From positions 8,049 to 72,048 of the forward strand of contig DJOB01000002.1 of the NCBI GenBank assembly GCA_002437105.1: a stretch of 64,000 nt of DNA. The letters are read 5' to 3'. The position numbers were made by a program, and so were the translations under genes. Positions 34,259 through 44,281 of this stretch are shown here, piece after piece. Each line of letters starts with the position of its first letter. Positions within the stretch are counted from its first letter, which is position 1. The notes under the pieces are model-generated. The model did not search any database. It had not been told where the DNA came from and worked only from the letters and a program-made list of their open reading frames with translations. Source of the stretch: Bacillales bacterium UBA6449. GTDB taxonomy: Bacteria; Bacillota_I; Bacilli_A; RFN20; CAG-288.

Positions 34259-36862
34259 TTAAGCTTTGGTGAAGTAGTCGTAGGTGTATTCGTTGAAATC
34301 ATCATCGCCGCTCTCATCGCCCAAAATGTAGGTGGTGGAGCCGGAATCCTGGCCTTCCCAGGTAGAGGTGGAGAGGCAGAATCCTAATCCTTCGGCCTGG
34401 CTGTAGGTCATCCTCAGCGAGTAGGTGCTGAGGGTCTTGTTATCAGCATCGATGATGCGAGAATAGGAGAACTTGCCGCTTCCCGCATCGACGAGGAAGG
34501 CGAAGTTGAAGGTCTGACCAGCGACGACCAGAGTGCCGTGGTTCGCCGAGGTCTGACCATCGACCTCGATATTGTCTTCCGCGATGACGGCGGTAGCGCT
34601 CTTCTCGGTGTTCTTCCAAGTGCCCTTTAAAGCGGAGATTGTGGCGCCCTGGCTGGGCTTGACGGTGATGGAGAAATCGGTGCTGCCGAAATTGTTGCGC
34701 TTGTGCTCTGTGGAGATGGTCAGGTTGACGGTGACCGGGGAGGTGATCTCCATCTTCGAGGTGTCGAAGGTCAGTTTGCTGTTGACCGCATCGACATAGG
34801 AGAGGAGGCCGTGAGAATCGTTGGTGTAGGTGACCTTGGTGTCGGGAGGAAGGGCGACATCGCCAGTGGGCTCATCGCCAGATGCGCTCAGCATGAAGCG
34901 GTACTGACCGCCGGCATAGATGGTAGCGGAAGTGGAAGTGTCGACATCGTAGTCGGTCTCGCTGTATGAGAAACGCTGGATGTAGAAGTTCCTGACGAGG
35001 ATGTTGTAGACGACCGTCAGGTCTACAGTAGCAGTTACCGTCTTATCAGAGAGGTTGGAAATCGTCACTTTCGCCTTTCCTTCGCTCGCCGCTTCGAAGC
35101 GATTGTAGTCATCGTTCCATCTCACCACGGACTTGTTGTCGCTCTCGGTGACGACATACTGCCAGGAATCGAGAGCGGTGGTGGGAGCATAGTCGAACTT
35201 CAGCAGGTCGGAATCGGAGGAGAGCTTATCGCCGCTGTTGATGGTATTTCCCTGTCCCGCCTGAGGATTGTTGATGGTGACGTTGGAGAGGCTGGTGATG
35301 AAGTAGGGGGTCGCATCGAACTCCACATCGTTCTTCTGGTTGTATTCACAGTTGATGGCGATCTTCTTCAGGATGGTTCCAGTATTGGCAAAATTTTCAT
35401 CCGGAGTGCCGTTGATGAAGGAATCGGAGCTGAAATCGTAGGTGTTGGTGTCGTATATCTTGCTGGTGTAGTCGACGGACTTGAGCGCACCGTTAGCCAG
35501 GAATTCGAAGCTGACCCGGTACTCGGTGTGTTCCTTCTTCTTGACGATGCTCGAATCGGTAGCTCCCGAGGAGTCGTAGGTCTTGGACGAGACGAGCTTG
35601 GTGGTGAACCCGCTATCGGTCTTCTCGGAGGTTATCTCGACCTTGGCGGATTTGACATAGTCCTCGACCACCATGCCCACTCGGTATGAATCCATGAACT
35701 TGAATTCGATGTTGTACATATCGAATCCGGAGTCCTGGACTTCGAACTTGGAGAGCAGCGGGCTGATGAACTGGCTGTCGTCGTTCCAGTCGACGTTGTC
35801 GATCTCGCTGCCGGTCTGCGTATTGACATTGCTGACCTTATACTTTCCCGCCTTGCCCGCTCTTCCTTCGAAGCTCGCGGTGGTGTCGATAAACTTGAAG
35901 ATGCTATTGTTCGCATCGAGCGAGCGATAGACGATACCGGTATCCTTATTGAAATTGTCAGTGTATTTAGTCAGGGAGGTTAGACCGTCGGCGGAGAGGG
36001 TGTAATCAGCCTTGGTGCCCTCCTCGGTGTTGGAATAGGTCAGCTTCGTGAGTCCGGGGGCGAAGTTCGCCGGGCTGGACTGGACGCGACCGTAGAAGAG
36101 GTTGTACAGGGTAGAAGCGGAGTTGGGGAGAACATTCACCGCCGTCCTCTGGAAGTAGAGCGGCTTAGCGGAGGAAGGATCGTAGAAGAAATCGTAGGTG
36201 CCTCCGTCCTCCAACCTTCCCGTGCTGGTTCCGACATCGAAGTTGCCGAAGCACTTGGTGCGGTCGATATCGGCGGGGCTGAGCTCTGTCTGACCGCCCT
36301 CCTTGTTCTTGATCACGAGGGAGAAGTTTCCATCGCCGAGGACTTTGACGCCCTTGGCGGTGTAGATCCCATCTTCCCCTTTGGTCAGGGCAGCCGTGAA
36401 GTCGCCCTGGATGGTGACATCGCCGCTGACGGATAGGCGAGCGGTCACCAGTACGGAGGTGGCAGGCATCACGAAGGTGTAGGTCGTGTCGTTGACCTTG
36501 GTCAGAGCTACCTCGTTGGCCCGGATCTCGACGAGGGTGAATCCCTTCTCGACTCCGACGGTGACGGTGACGGTCTCTCCCGCCTTGGCTTTGGTCTTAT
36601 CGGCGGTCATGGTGATGCCGGTGGCTTTAGAGATGCGGATCACGAATTCCTCTTGGACGGAGGTGCTGGAACTGGGAGTGGAGGAATCGCCGGTTCCCGA
36701 GCTGACCGGAGTCGAGACGCCGGTGTCGGAAGGAGTGGAGACGGAGCTGTCGGGAGTGGAGACAGAAGAGGAGGGAGTGGAAGAAGTGGCGGGATTATTG
36801 CATCCGGCCAATGTAAAAGTCAACAATCCAGCGAGCGCGAGCAGGGATTTTCTAGTTTTCAT
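34259..36862 (-). CDS. Large lipoprotein with Ser/Thr stalk and Ig-like beta-rich repeats (array member 3)
   Basis: MKTRKSLLALAGLLTFTLAGC (canonical LAGC) followed by NNPATSSTPSSSVSTPDSSVSTPSDTG.... It contains Big-like segments, for example GKAKVTISNLSDKTVTATVDLTVV. Confidence 0.8.
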   Translation of the reverse strand: MKTRKSLLALAGLLTFTLAGCNNPATSSTPSSSVSTPDSSVSTPSDTGVSTPVSSGTGDSSTPSSSTSVQEEFVIRISKATGITMTADKTKAKAGETVTVTVGVEKGFTLVEIRANEVALTKVNDTTYTFVMPATSVLVTARLSVSGDVTIQGDFTAALTKGEDGIYTAKGVKVLGDGNFSLVIKNKEGGQTELSPADIDRTKCFGNFDVGTSTGRLEDGGTYDFFYDPSSAKPLYFQRTAVNVLPNSASTLYNLFYGRVQSSPANFAPGLTKLTYSNTEEGTKADYTLSADGLTSLTKYTDNFNKDTGIVYRSLDANNSIFKFIDTTASFEGRAGKAGKYKVSNVNTQTGSEIDNVDWNDDSQFISPLLSKFEVQDSGFDMYNIEFKFMDSYRVGMVVEDYVKSAKVEITSEKTDSGFTTKLVSSKTYDSSGATDSSIVKKKEHTEYRVSFEFLANGALKSVDYTSKIYDTNTYDFSSDSFINGTPDENFANTGTILKKIAINCEYNQKNDVEFDATPYFITSLSNVTINNPQAGQGNTINSGDKLSSDSDLLKFDYAPTTALDSWQYVVTESDNKSVVRWNDDYNRFEAASEGKAKVTISNLSDKTVTATVDLTVVYNILVRNFYIQRFSYSETDYDVDTSTSATIYAGGQYRFMLSASGDEPTGDVALPPDTKVTYTNDSHGLLSYVDAVNSKLTFDTSKMEITSPVTVNLTISTEHKRNNFGSTDFSITVKPSQGATISALKGTWKNTEKSATAVIAEDNIEVDGQTSANHGTLVVAGQTFNFAFLVDAGSGKFSYSRIIDADNKTLSTYSLRMTYSQAEGLGFCLSTSTWEGQDSGSTTYILGDESGDDDFNEYTYDYFTKA

Positions 36863-36881
36863 TTATGGTTTTCCTTTTAGC

Positions 36882-37748
36882 TTAGTCTTTTTCGAATATG
36901 GGCTTAAAGAAGTTGATCAGGCCGTTGTTGTCGAGGAGGTGGACTATATCTAGGGTGACGGATATGTTGACCTCGGTCACATTGACGGGTGCGGCCGTGC
37001 CATCCTCGAGCTTAGCGACGACGGTGAAAAGGTATTCATCGTAGTCGGAGGTGCTCGATTCGGTGCTGTAGGTGAGAGTCAGGTAGATAGGGTTGTATCT
37101 AGTTCCGGAGACGAGGGCCTGCAGCACACCGGTCAGATCCGAGTTGAAGTAGACGATGTAGTCCTCGGATCCGGTGACGCTGTACTGAGCTTTCCAGTAG
37201 TCTGGCAAGGAAAGGTAAGCGGTGGCCTCTTCCAGCGTCGCTTTGTTCCTCGCGTTGACCGCATCTTTGAAGAAGATGAAGTCCCCCTCGTCCTTGGCGG
37301 TCACGATCGATCCACCGGCCTTCTTAGCTTTGATCGTGTACGTCTCACCCGAGACGTGAGAGATTTCCAGGATGCTCTCGTCGTACTCGAATTTGAGGAC
37401 AGTTCCCTGAGGATCGTACTGGGCGGAGGGAGTCATAGTGAAGGTGTAGGTCTTGCCTACGACCAAGTGCGATCCGACTGCGGTATCGAGGAAGACACCG
37501 CTCATCGACACCCGGTTCACCTTCTCTTTATCATCGATAGTGACATCGGCTGGGAAATCGAAGTTGTAATCCGCGGATGAACTAGAGGAATCACTAGTGC
37601 TGGAGCTGGGGGTGTCAGAGGAGACGACCGATGAATTCGGAGTGGAGGAGTCCGGTGTGGTGCTAGAGGAGGAGCTGGGGGTAGCGGGGGTGCAACTGGC
37701 GAGTGAGAGGGCAGCAAGGACAGCGCCGAAGAGACGTATTTTTTTCAT
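36882..37748 (-). CDS. Lipoprotein with Ser/Thr stalk (array member 2)
   Basis: MKKIRLFGAVLAALSLASC followed by TPATPSSSSSTTPDSSTPNSSVVSSDTPSSSTSDSSSSS. Confidence 0.8.
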   Translation of the reverse strand: MKKIRLFGAVLAALSLASCTPATPSSSSSTTPDSSTPNSSVVSSDTPSSSTSDSSSSSADYNFDFPADVTIDDKEKVNRVSMSGVFLDTAVGSHLVVGKTYTFTMTPSAQYDPQGTVLKFEYDESILEISHVSGETYTIKAKKAGGSIVTAKDEGDFIFFKDAVNARNKATLEEATAYLSLPDYWKAQYSVTGSEDYIVYFNSDLTGVLQALVSGTRYNPIYLTLTYSTESSTSDYDEYLFTVVAKLEDGTAAPVNVTEVNISVTLDIVHLLDNNGLINFFKPIFEKD

Positions 37749-37792
37749 AGCTTTTCTATTTCCTATCGTAAAACCAAGCTATTATACTTTTT

Positions 37793-39970
37793 TTATTTCC
37801 CTTCGGTGACAGCGGTGAAGGTGGTTCCAGATTTGATAATCGTGTAGTCTTCATAAGATTCATAGTCAAAGTACTGCACATCAGAGTTGACCTTTAGATT
37901 GGGGAATCCAGCTTCCTGCTCTGCGCTATTGAGTCCCAGCTTGAAATCGAATTCACCATCCGAGGTTCCGCTGTAGCCAGCGTCTATTTCGCAGTGGATA
38001 GTAAAGGTTATGGTGCTCTTGGAGACCTTGTAGTCTACAATCAGAGTCTTAGGCTCGTGTCCGGTTATAGCCTTGAATTTGCCCTTAGGATCAGCTAAGG
38101 TTACCTTTCCGTTATTGAAAGTGAGTTCTAGTCCCGTGGTGCTCTCAGCATACTTATGATCCTTGCCATCGGTGAAGGGATCGGAATCTATATATACGAC
38201 CGTTGTGGCTGTCTTGGCGGTAAAGTCGATTGCATACTCGGTTTCGGTACCATCCTGCCAAGTTACAGTATAATTCTTGGTCTTATAATCCTGTTCGTAG
38301 GTTCCGTGTTTGTCGCCGAGTGTAGCGAGCTCATATCCGTCGAATACGAGCTTGTTTCCCTTGGTGTTTCCATCGACCACGAATTCACCGGCGGTCTTAT
38401 CAGGCAATTCTAATCTGCCGTTGCTATTGTATTGTCTGCCGATCAAGAGCCTTCCTTTGTCTTTTCCATTACTAGTGATCTTATCTCCCTCGGCGAGGGT
38501 GAAGTAGTAGTAAGTGGTGTTGTTATCGTACTTGAAATCGGTGTAGGTGACCCCTTTGTGAATTATTCCATTGTAGGTGAGGAGGGTTCCCTTCTCTTCT
38601 TTAGCCGACCAATTCCAGGCGAAAGAATTGTCGGTATCTGATACTAGTCTAGTTATGCCGTCTACCTCTTTTCCAGCTAGATAGAGTCCTTTGATAGTGT
38701 GATAACTAGTATCGCCGGTATTGAGCTTTCCGTAGAATTTAACACTGATGTCTCCGCTCTCGTTAAAGAAGATGTATCCGCTTGCAATCTGCTTGTCAGA
38801 AGTATAAGGAATCTGTAGAGTGTTGCTATCACTTACTTTGTAATTGAAACTCATGCCCGCGAAGGAGCCGGTCCCATTGGTGTCGAGCTTCAGATCGAAG
38901 TTCTTCTGATCCATCGAATCGATCTTCTTATTATTGTTGTCCGCACTGATCGTGAATATGCTGTGAGTACCGATGTAGGAGGGGATAGTAGTGATGAAGG
39001 AGGTTAAATCGATCGTCACATCTCCTCCTATATTGTCGATGCAGATGGCGTCTTTAGCTGTGGTCAGGTGACCGGTGATGCCATTACCTAGGTCGATATC
39101 ATTGTCGCTCAGCTTAGAGGAATCCAGGACGTAGTTACCCGCATCGTCAGGGTCATCGGTCAGTGCGAGGATGATGTTGGCCTTCGCAGGCACTTTAGCT
39201 AAGTCTATCGCTTCACCTATCTCGGGATCGTACCAGGTGCCGCCAGTGCGGAGGTGGGCACTCACCTTCATGTGCGGAGCGGTGACTGTGACCTGATACG
39301 TTACGACGGGGGCTTTTATGTAGCTCGTGAAATCCAGGGTAGTCGCGCTGTTAGGCATCGTCATCATCGCGATGCCCTCCTTCACATTGACCTGAACGGC
39401 GACTGCGCCCAGCATGACCTGGGCGATACCATCGGTCGCGTCGGCGAAATCGAGGGTATACACGCCTTCCTCCTCGGGATCGTCAACCAGCTTGAGAAGC
39501 ACCGTGGCGTCTTCCTCGATCGCGCTGAGATCCAGCGCGTCTCCGGTAAGAGGCTTCTCGATGGTAGAACCCTCAGCGGGAGCAAAGGCGGTCACCGTGA
39601 AGTGCGGAGCGGTGACGGTCAGCGCAAAGGTCTTCTTGGCGACGGAGCTGCTCGTGGAGGACTCGCCGGTGGAGCTGGTGGTGCCAGAGGAGAGGGAGCT
39701 CGAATCCGAGGCGGGGGTGGAGACTGGACCTTCCGAAGAGGAAGCCGGGGTAGAAGAAGTGGGCTCGGATGAGGAGTCAGGTGTAGTGGTGGAAGTCTGA
39801 GAAGAGTCAGGTGTGCTATCTATCGTCGAAGAGGCGCCGGCGCTGGAAGCCGGGGTGGTGTCTGTCACGGGCGTAGAGACGCTGCTCGCGGGGGTGATGG
39901 TAGGCTGACAGGAGGCTAGTCCTAGAGTTAAGCCTAGCAGGCTAAGAATAGAGATTTTCTTTAATTTCAT
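37793..39970 (-). CDS. Large lipoprotein with a ~90-aa Ser/Thr/Pro stalk and an internal domain duplication (array member 1)
   Basis: MKLKKISILSLLGLTLGLASC, then a stalk to about residue 110, then two homologous ~105-aa modules. Confidence 0.8.
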   Translation of the reverse strand: MKLKKISILSLLGLTLGLASCQPTITPASSVSTPVTDTTPASSAGASSTIDSTPDSSQTSTTTPDSSSEPTSSTPASSSEGPVSTPASDSSSLSSGTTSSTGESSTSSSVAKKTFALTVTAPHFTVTAFAPAEGSTIEKPLTGDALDLSAIEEDATVLLKLVDDPEEEGVYTLDFADATDGIAQVMLGAVAVQVNVKEGIAMMTMPNSATTLDFTSYIKAPVVTYQVTVTAPHMKVSAHLRTGGTWYDPEIGEAIDLAKVPAKANIILALTDDPDDAGNYVLDSSKLSDNDIDLGNGITGHLTTAKDAICIDNIGGDVTIDLTSFITTIPSYIGTHSIFTISADNNNKKIDSMDQKNFDLKLDTNGTGSFAGMSFNYKVSDSNTLQIPYTSDKQIASGYIFFNESGDISVKFYGKLNTGDTSYHTIKGLYLAGKEVDGITRLVSDTDNSFAWNWSAKEEKGTLLTYNGIIHKGVTYTDFKYDNNTTYYYFTLAEGDKITSNGKDKGRLLIGRQYNSNGRLELPDKTAGEFVVDGNTKGNKLVFDGYELATLGDKHGTYEQDYKTKNYTVTWQDGTETEYAIDFTAKTATTVVYIDSDPFTDGKDHKYAESTTGLELTFNNGKVTLADPKGKFKAITGHEPKTLIVDYKVSKSTITFTIHCEIDAGYSGTSDGEFDFKLGLNSAEQEAGFPNLKVNSDVQYFDYESYEDYTIIKSGTTFTAVTEGK
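38990..39634 (-). repeat. Intragenic protein-level tandem duplication (two ~105-aa modules) in the 725-aa lipoprotein
   Basis: TFALTVTAPHFTVTAF...DLSAIEEDATVLLKLVDDPEEEGVYTLD...TLDFTSYIKA versus TYQVTVTAPHMKVSAH...DLAKVPAKANIILALTDDPDDAGNYVLD...TIDLTSFITT. Confidence 0.75.
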
Positions 39971-40137
39971 TTTAAAATTCCTTTAATCCTTTGTAGTCTA
40001 CTACCATTTTGATTAAATTAAATATTTTTTTGATGCTCCGAGAGTGAAAAATCTAACATTTCATCGATCCGTTTCGCCCTTTTTATGGGGAGAATCAGCC
40101 TTTTTTATTGCTTTTTATTCGCTTAAAAAAGTTCATT

Positions 40138-40171
40138 AAAAATAGAGGGGCTGCACGGTGCAACCCCTCTA
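40138..40171 (-). terminator. Terminator after the small membrane-protein gene; it separates the ABC operon from the lipoprotein array
   Basis: Minus strand reads TAGAGGGGTTGCACCGTGCAGCCCCTCTA followed by TTTTTAATG. Confidence 0.75.
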
Positions 40172-40184
40172 TTCCTTTGAGTTT

Positions 40185-40409
40185 TTAGGCCAGGACCAGA
40201 TGGTTGAACAGCAGAGTCCAAACCAGATCGATCCAACCCAGGATACCGAAGGAGAAGATAGCGACGATGAGCATCAGGAGGTTGACGATGCCACCCTCCT
40301 TGAAGAACTTCTCGCCGCGGACGAACAGCTCGACTAGCCAGTTGACCACCGGGATCAGCAGAAGGAGGAATTGGACTAGTCTAGATTGTTTATTGAACCA
40401 AGCCTGCAT
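40185..40409 (-). CDS. Small two-TM membrane protein, function unknown
   Basis: 74 aa with two hydrophobic helices. It starts 45 nt downstream of the ABC exporter pair on the same strand. Confidence 0.55.
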   Translation of the reverse strand: MQAWFNKQSRLVQFLLLLIPVVNWLVELFVRGEKFFKEGGIVNLLMLIVAIFSFGILGWIDLVWTLLFNHLVLA

Positions 40410-40454
40410 TGTTTTTTTTCCTTTCGTCTATATACTAACGCAATTCTATTCTTT

Positions 40455-42428
40455 TTATTGCAGCTCGGTCGCTCCGGAGTAGAGCTGATAGTAGAGACCC
40501 TTCTGGGCGAGAAGCTGCTCGTGGGTACCGCGCTCGATGATGCGACCGTGCTCCATGACGAGGATGACGTTGGAATTCCTGATGGTGGATAGACGGTGCG
40601 CGATCGCGAAGGTGGTGCGGCCGTTCATCAGCTTGTCCATACCGTCGGTGACGATGGCCTCGGTGCGGGTATCGATCGAGGAAGTAGCCTCATCGAGGAT
40701 CAGGACGGGCGGATTGGCCACCGCGACCCTCGCGATGGAGAGCAGCTGGCACTGTCCCTGCGAGAGGGAGCTGCCATCTCCCTCGATAACCGTGTTGTAG
40801 CCCTCGGGCAGCATCCGGATGAAGGAGTCGGCGTTGGAGAGCTTGGCCGCTTCGATACACTCCTCATCGGTGGCGTTCAGGCGTCCGAAGCGGATGTTTT
40901 CCAAGATGGTACCCGTGAATAGCGAAGTGTCCTGAAGGACCATACCCAGCGACTGCCGGAGGTCCTTCTTTTTTATCTTATTGATGTTTATACCGTCGTA
41001 TCTGATCTTTCCATCGGCGATATCGTAGAAGCGGTTGAGCAGGTTGGTGATGGTGGTCTTGCCAGCTCCGGTGGCGCCGACGAGGGCCACTTTCTGCCCG
41101 GGCTTCGCATAGACGGAGACATCGGTCAGCACCTGTTTACCCGGCTCGTAGGAGAAGTCGACATCCTTCATGACGATGTCGCCTTTCAGGGGCGTATAGG
41201 TCACGGTTCCATCGGCCTGGTGAATGTGTTTCCAGGCCCAGCTGTCGGTGGGGAGAGGAGTGGGGTGAACCTCGAAGGAACCCTCGTCTAGCCAGCGTCC
41301 CTGCACCAGGGTCACATAGCCCTTATCCTCCTCGGATTCCTTATCCATCATCGAATAGATTCGGCCAGCTCCTGCTGCGGACATGGCGAAGTAGGGGATC
41401 TGCTGACCGACCTGGTTGACGTTGCCAGTGGTCTGCTGGGCGAGCGGGACGAAGCCGAGAACGACACCGATCGTCATCGGAGACCACAGATCCAGCAGGC
41501 CGAAGTTCATACCGCCGGTGGAGGCGACAGCGGTGCCGACGATCACGATCAGGACGTAGGACAGGATGCCGATGTGGTTGAGGATGGGACCGAGGGCGAA
41601 GGCGGACACGGTACCGCTGGTCTCGGCGGCACGGTGGAGCTCGTTGATCGCGTTGAAGTCGGATCGCGCTTTCTCCTCGTGATTGAAGGATTTGACGACC
41701 TTCAGTCCACCCATCATCTCCTCTACCACACCCTCCTGCACGCCGATCCAGTGCTGGGTCTCATCGAAGTGCTTGGACGCCTTGCGGCCCATGAACTTGG
41801 AGACGAGGATCATGACGACTATCGCGGCGACGGAGATGAGCATGAGGAAGATCGAGTAGGCGAGCATGGCGGCGGTGAGGAAGGCGAGGGTGATGCTGCA
41901 GGAGAGGAAGGACTGGAGGCACTGGATGATGAACTGGCGGATCGTCTCGATATCGTTGGTGTAGATCGACATGATATCGCCCTTCTGGTTGCGGTCGAAG
42001 AAGGGAAGGGGCAGAGTCTCCATGTGGACGAACAGCCGGTTCCTCAGCTCGGTCATGAAGTTCTGACCCAGCCAGGCCATACCGATGGAGTAGGTGACCA
42101 TGGCGATGAGGCCGATCGCATAGGCGACGACCATGAAGATGACTACGGGCACCAGCGTGTTGTCGATGAAGCTCTGGCTCTCTACCGCCCAATCGGCGGT
42201 GTTGCGGAACGGTTCGAGCGCCTTGAGACCATCGATGATCTTCACCATGGCCAGCGAGGGCACGATGGTGGCGATTCCGCTGATGGCGATGCAGGCGATG
42301 ATGAGGGCGGTCAGCCAGGGTTTGAAGCTGAGGTATTCCTTGATCAGTCTTTTCAGCGGGTGCTTGGCTGGGGTCAGAGCGAACTTCTCTCTGAATTTCT
42401 CCAGCTCCTTGATATCTTTTTCACTCAT
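40455..42428 (-). CDS. ABC exporter subunit (fused permease plus ATPase), heterodimer partner B
   Basis: Six-TM ABC_membrane region, then GATGAGKTT, LSQGQCQLLSIAR and ILDEATSSID. ATG 42428 overlaps the upstream stop (ATGA) and is preceded by GGAGGAG. Confidence 0.88.
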   Translation of the reverse strand: MSEKDIKELEKFREKFALTPAKHPLKRLIKEYLSFKPWLTALIIACIAISGIATIVPSLAMVKIIDGLKALEPFRNTADWAVESQSFIDNTLVPVVIFMVVAYAIGLIAMVTYSIGMAWLGQNFMTELRNRLFVHMETLPLPFFDRNQKGDIMSIYTNDIETIRQFIIQCLQSFLSCSITLAFLTAAMLAYSIFLMLISVAAIVVMILVSKFMGRKASKHFDETQHWIGVQEGVVEEMMGGLKVVKSFNHEEKARSDFNAINELHRAAETSGTVSAFALGPILNHIGILSYVLIVIVGTAVASTGGMNFGLLDLWSPMTIGVVLGFVPLAQQTTGNVNQVGQQIPYFAMSAAGAGRIYSMMDKESEEDKGYVTLVQGRWLDEGSFEVHPTPLPTDSWAWKHIHQADGTVTYTPLKGDIVMKDVDFSYEPGKQVLTDVSVYAKPGQKVALVGATGAGKTTITNLLNRFYDIADGKIRYDGININKIKKKDLRQSLGMVLQDTSLFTGTILENIRFGRLNATDEECIEAAKLSNADSFIRMLPEGYNTVIEGDGSSLSQGQCQLLSIARVAVANPPVLILDEATSSIDTRTEAIVTDGMDKLMNGRTTFAIAHRLSTIRNSNVILVMEHGRIIERGTHEQLLAQKGLYYQLYSGATELQ

Positions 42429-44281
42429 CTCAGCTCCTCCTTCTTTACGCCCTGCAGGTCGCACACCTCGCGGAAGATCCGGGATGAGTCGAAGAGGTGC
42501 GAGGGGGTATCGAAATCGACGACCCTTCCATCGTCCATGACGATGACGCGATCGGCATCGGCGACCGACGAGATCCGTTGGGCGACGATGATCTTGGTCA
42601 CGCCGGGGATGGATTCCCGGAGGCTATTCCTGATCTTCTTGTCGGTCTTGGTATCCACCGCGGAGGTGGAGTCGTCGAAGATCAGAACCTTGGGCGACTT
42701 GAGGATGGCGCGGGCGATGCAGAGACGCTGCTTCTGTCCGCCCGAGAAGTTCGCACCGCCCTGGTCGACGATGTAGTCCAAACGCCCAGGCAGCTGGTCG
42801 ACGAACTCGGAGGCGCAGGCGATCGCCAGCGCTCTATCGATCTGAGCGTCGGTCGCCTGGGGATCGCCCCAGCGCATGTTGTCCCGCAGGGTTCCCGAGA
42901 AGAGCACGTTCTTCTGTAGGACCATCGAGACGGAGTCGCGGAGCGGGACCAGATCGTACGAGCGGACATCCCTTCCCGCTACCTTTACCGTCCCGATCTG
43001 GGGATCGTAGAAGCGAGGAATCATGTTGACCAGGGTGGACTTGGCCGAACCGGTTCCGCCGATGATACCGATCACCTCGCCGGAGGCGATCTTGAGGTTG
43101 ATACCCTTCAGACACTCCTCGTCGGCGAGCTTATCTCCCCTCTTATCCCGGAATGAGAAGTGGACGTCATCGAATTCGATGGAACCGTTCTCGATGGTCT
43201 CGCAGCCATTCTGGGGATTGGTGAGGGTGGGAACCTCGTTCAGAACCTCGCAGACGCGCTTACCGGAGGCGAAAGACATCGCGATATTGACGGCGATGAA
43301 GGCGACCATCATCACGGCTGTCAGGGTGTTGATACCGTAGGAGATGAGAGCCTGGAAGTTTCCGATGTCGATGATGCCGTCGATGAAGGCGAGGCTGCCG
43401 AGGCTGATGAACAGCGTCAGGGAGATGTTGATGGTGCAGACGAGGACGGGGTTGGTCAGACCACCGTAGATCTCACCCTTGGTCATGAGCTGCTTAATCT
43501 CCGCGGCCTTGTCCTTGAACTTCTTATCCTCGAATTCCTCGCGGGTGTAGCTCTTGACGGTGCGGATACCTCTGACATTCTCCTCGACGATCTTGTTTAT
43601 CTCATCGAACTTCGGGAAAGCTTTGGTATAGATCTTGGTGGCGAGGAAGATGATGGTGCTGAGGGAGGCGACGATCAGGGGAAGGACGATGCAGTATATC
43701 CACGATAGCTGCCAGCCGACGACGAAGGTGCAGACCAGGGAGAAGATGATGGTGAAAGGAGCGAGGATGCCGAATCTGATGATCATCAGGAAGGCGTTCT
43801 GGATGTTGAAGACATCGGTGGTGGTCCTGGTCACCAGCGAGGCCTTGGAGAAGCGGTCGATGTTCTCGAAGGAGAATTCCGTGGTCCGATAGAACAGGTC
43901 CTGCCTTATGTTGGCGGCCAGTCCTACCGCGGCGATGGCGGAGTGCTTAGCCGCGAGATAGGAGGAGATGAAAGAGAAAACAGCCAGCACGAGGAGGATG
44001 GCAGCAAAGATACCGACGGTGGGCATTATCTGGGCCGCCGAGGTCATATTCTGTGCATTCAATTCGCTCAGCCTGTTGATGAGGATCATCATCACCAGCG
44101 GGATGAGGCACTCGAACAGGGCCTGTGCCGTGGAGAAGCCCAAGCATAGCCAAGCGTTCTTCCTGTAGTTTCTAAGGCTCTTCAGCAGGGTTTTGAACAT
44201 GGGGAGGAGGCCTAGTTTCCCCCGTTTTTTAGATTTTGCTGGTTCGGCTTTGATCGCCGTCGCAGTTCTCTTCTTCAGCAT
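42425..44281 (-). CDS. ABC exporter subunit (fused permease plus ATPase), heterodimer partner A
   Basis: Six-TM region, then GGTGSAKST, FSGGQKQRLCIARA and LIFDDSTSAVD. Confidence 0.88.
   Translation of the reverse strand: MLKKRTATAIKAEPAKSKKRGKLGLLPMFKTLLKSLRNYRKNAWLCLGFSTAQALFECLIPLVMMILINRLSELNAQNMTSAAQIMPTVGIFAAILLVLAVFSFISSYLAAKHSAIAAVGLAANIRQDLFYRTTEFSFENIDRFSKASLVTRTTTDVFNIQNAFLMIIRFGILAPFTIIFSLVCTFVVGWQLSWIYCIVLPLIVASLSTIIFLATKIYTKAFPKFDEINKIVEENVRGIRTVKSYTREEFEDKKFKDKAAEIKQLMTKGEIYGGLTNPVLVCTINISLTLFISLGSLAFIDGIIDIGNFQALISYGINTLTAVMMVAFIAVNIAMSFASGKRVCEVLNEVPTLTNPQNGCETIENGSIEFDDVHFSFRDKRGDKLADEECLKGINLKIASGEVIGIIGGTGSAKSTLVNMIPRFYDPQIGTVKVAGRDVRSYDLVPLRDSVSMVLQKNVLFSGTLRDNMRWGDPQATDAQIDRALAIACASEFVDQLPGRLDYIVDQGGANFSGGQKQRLCIARAILKSPKVLIFDDSTSAVDTKTDKKIRNSLRESIPGVTKIIVAQRISSVADADRVIVMDDGRVVDFDTPSHLFDSSRIFREVCDLQGVKKEELR

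Noticed and set aside
41574-42776. 400-aa + strand ORF across the ABC exporter genes, and similar ORFs at 8175..8879, 18621..19466, 24620..25471, 28851..29558, 47517..48359 and 63192..63908
   Set aside because: Each lies antisense to a gene with strong family signatures, and none has an RBS or motifs. They are GC-bias artefacts of the six-frame track.
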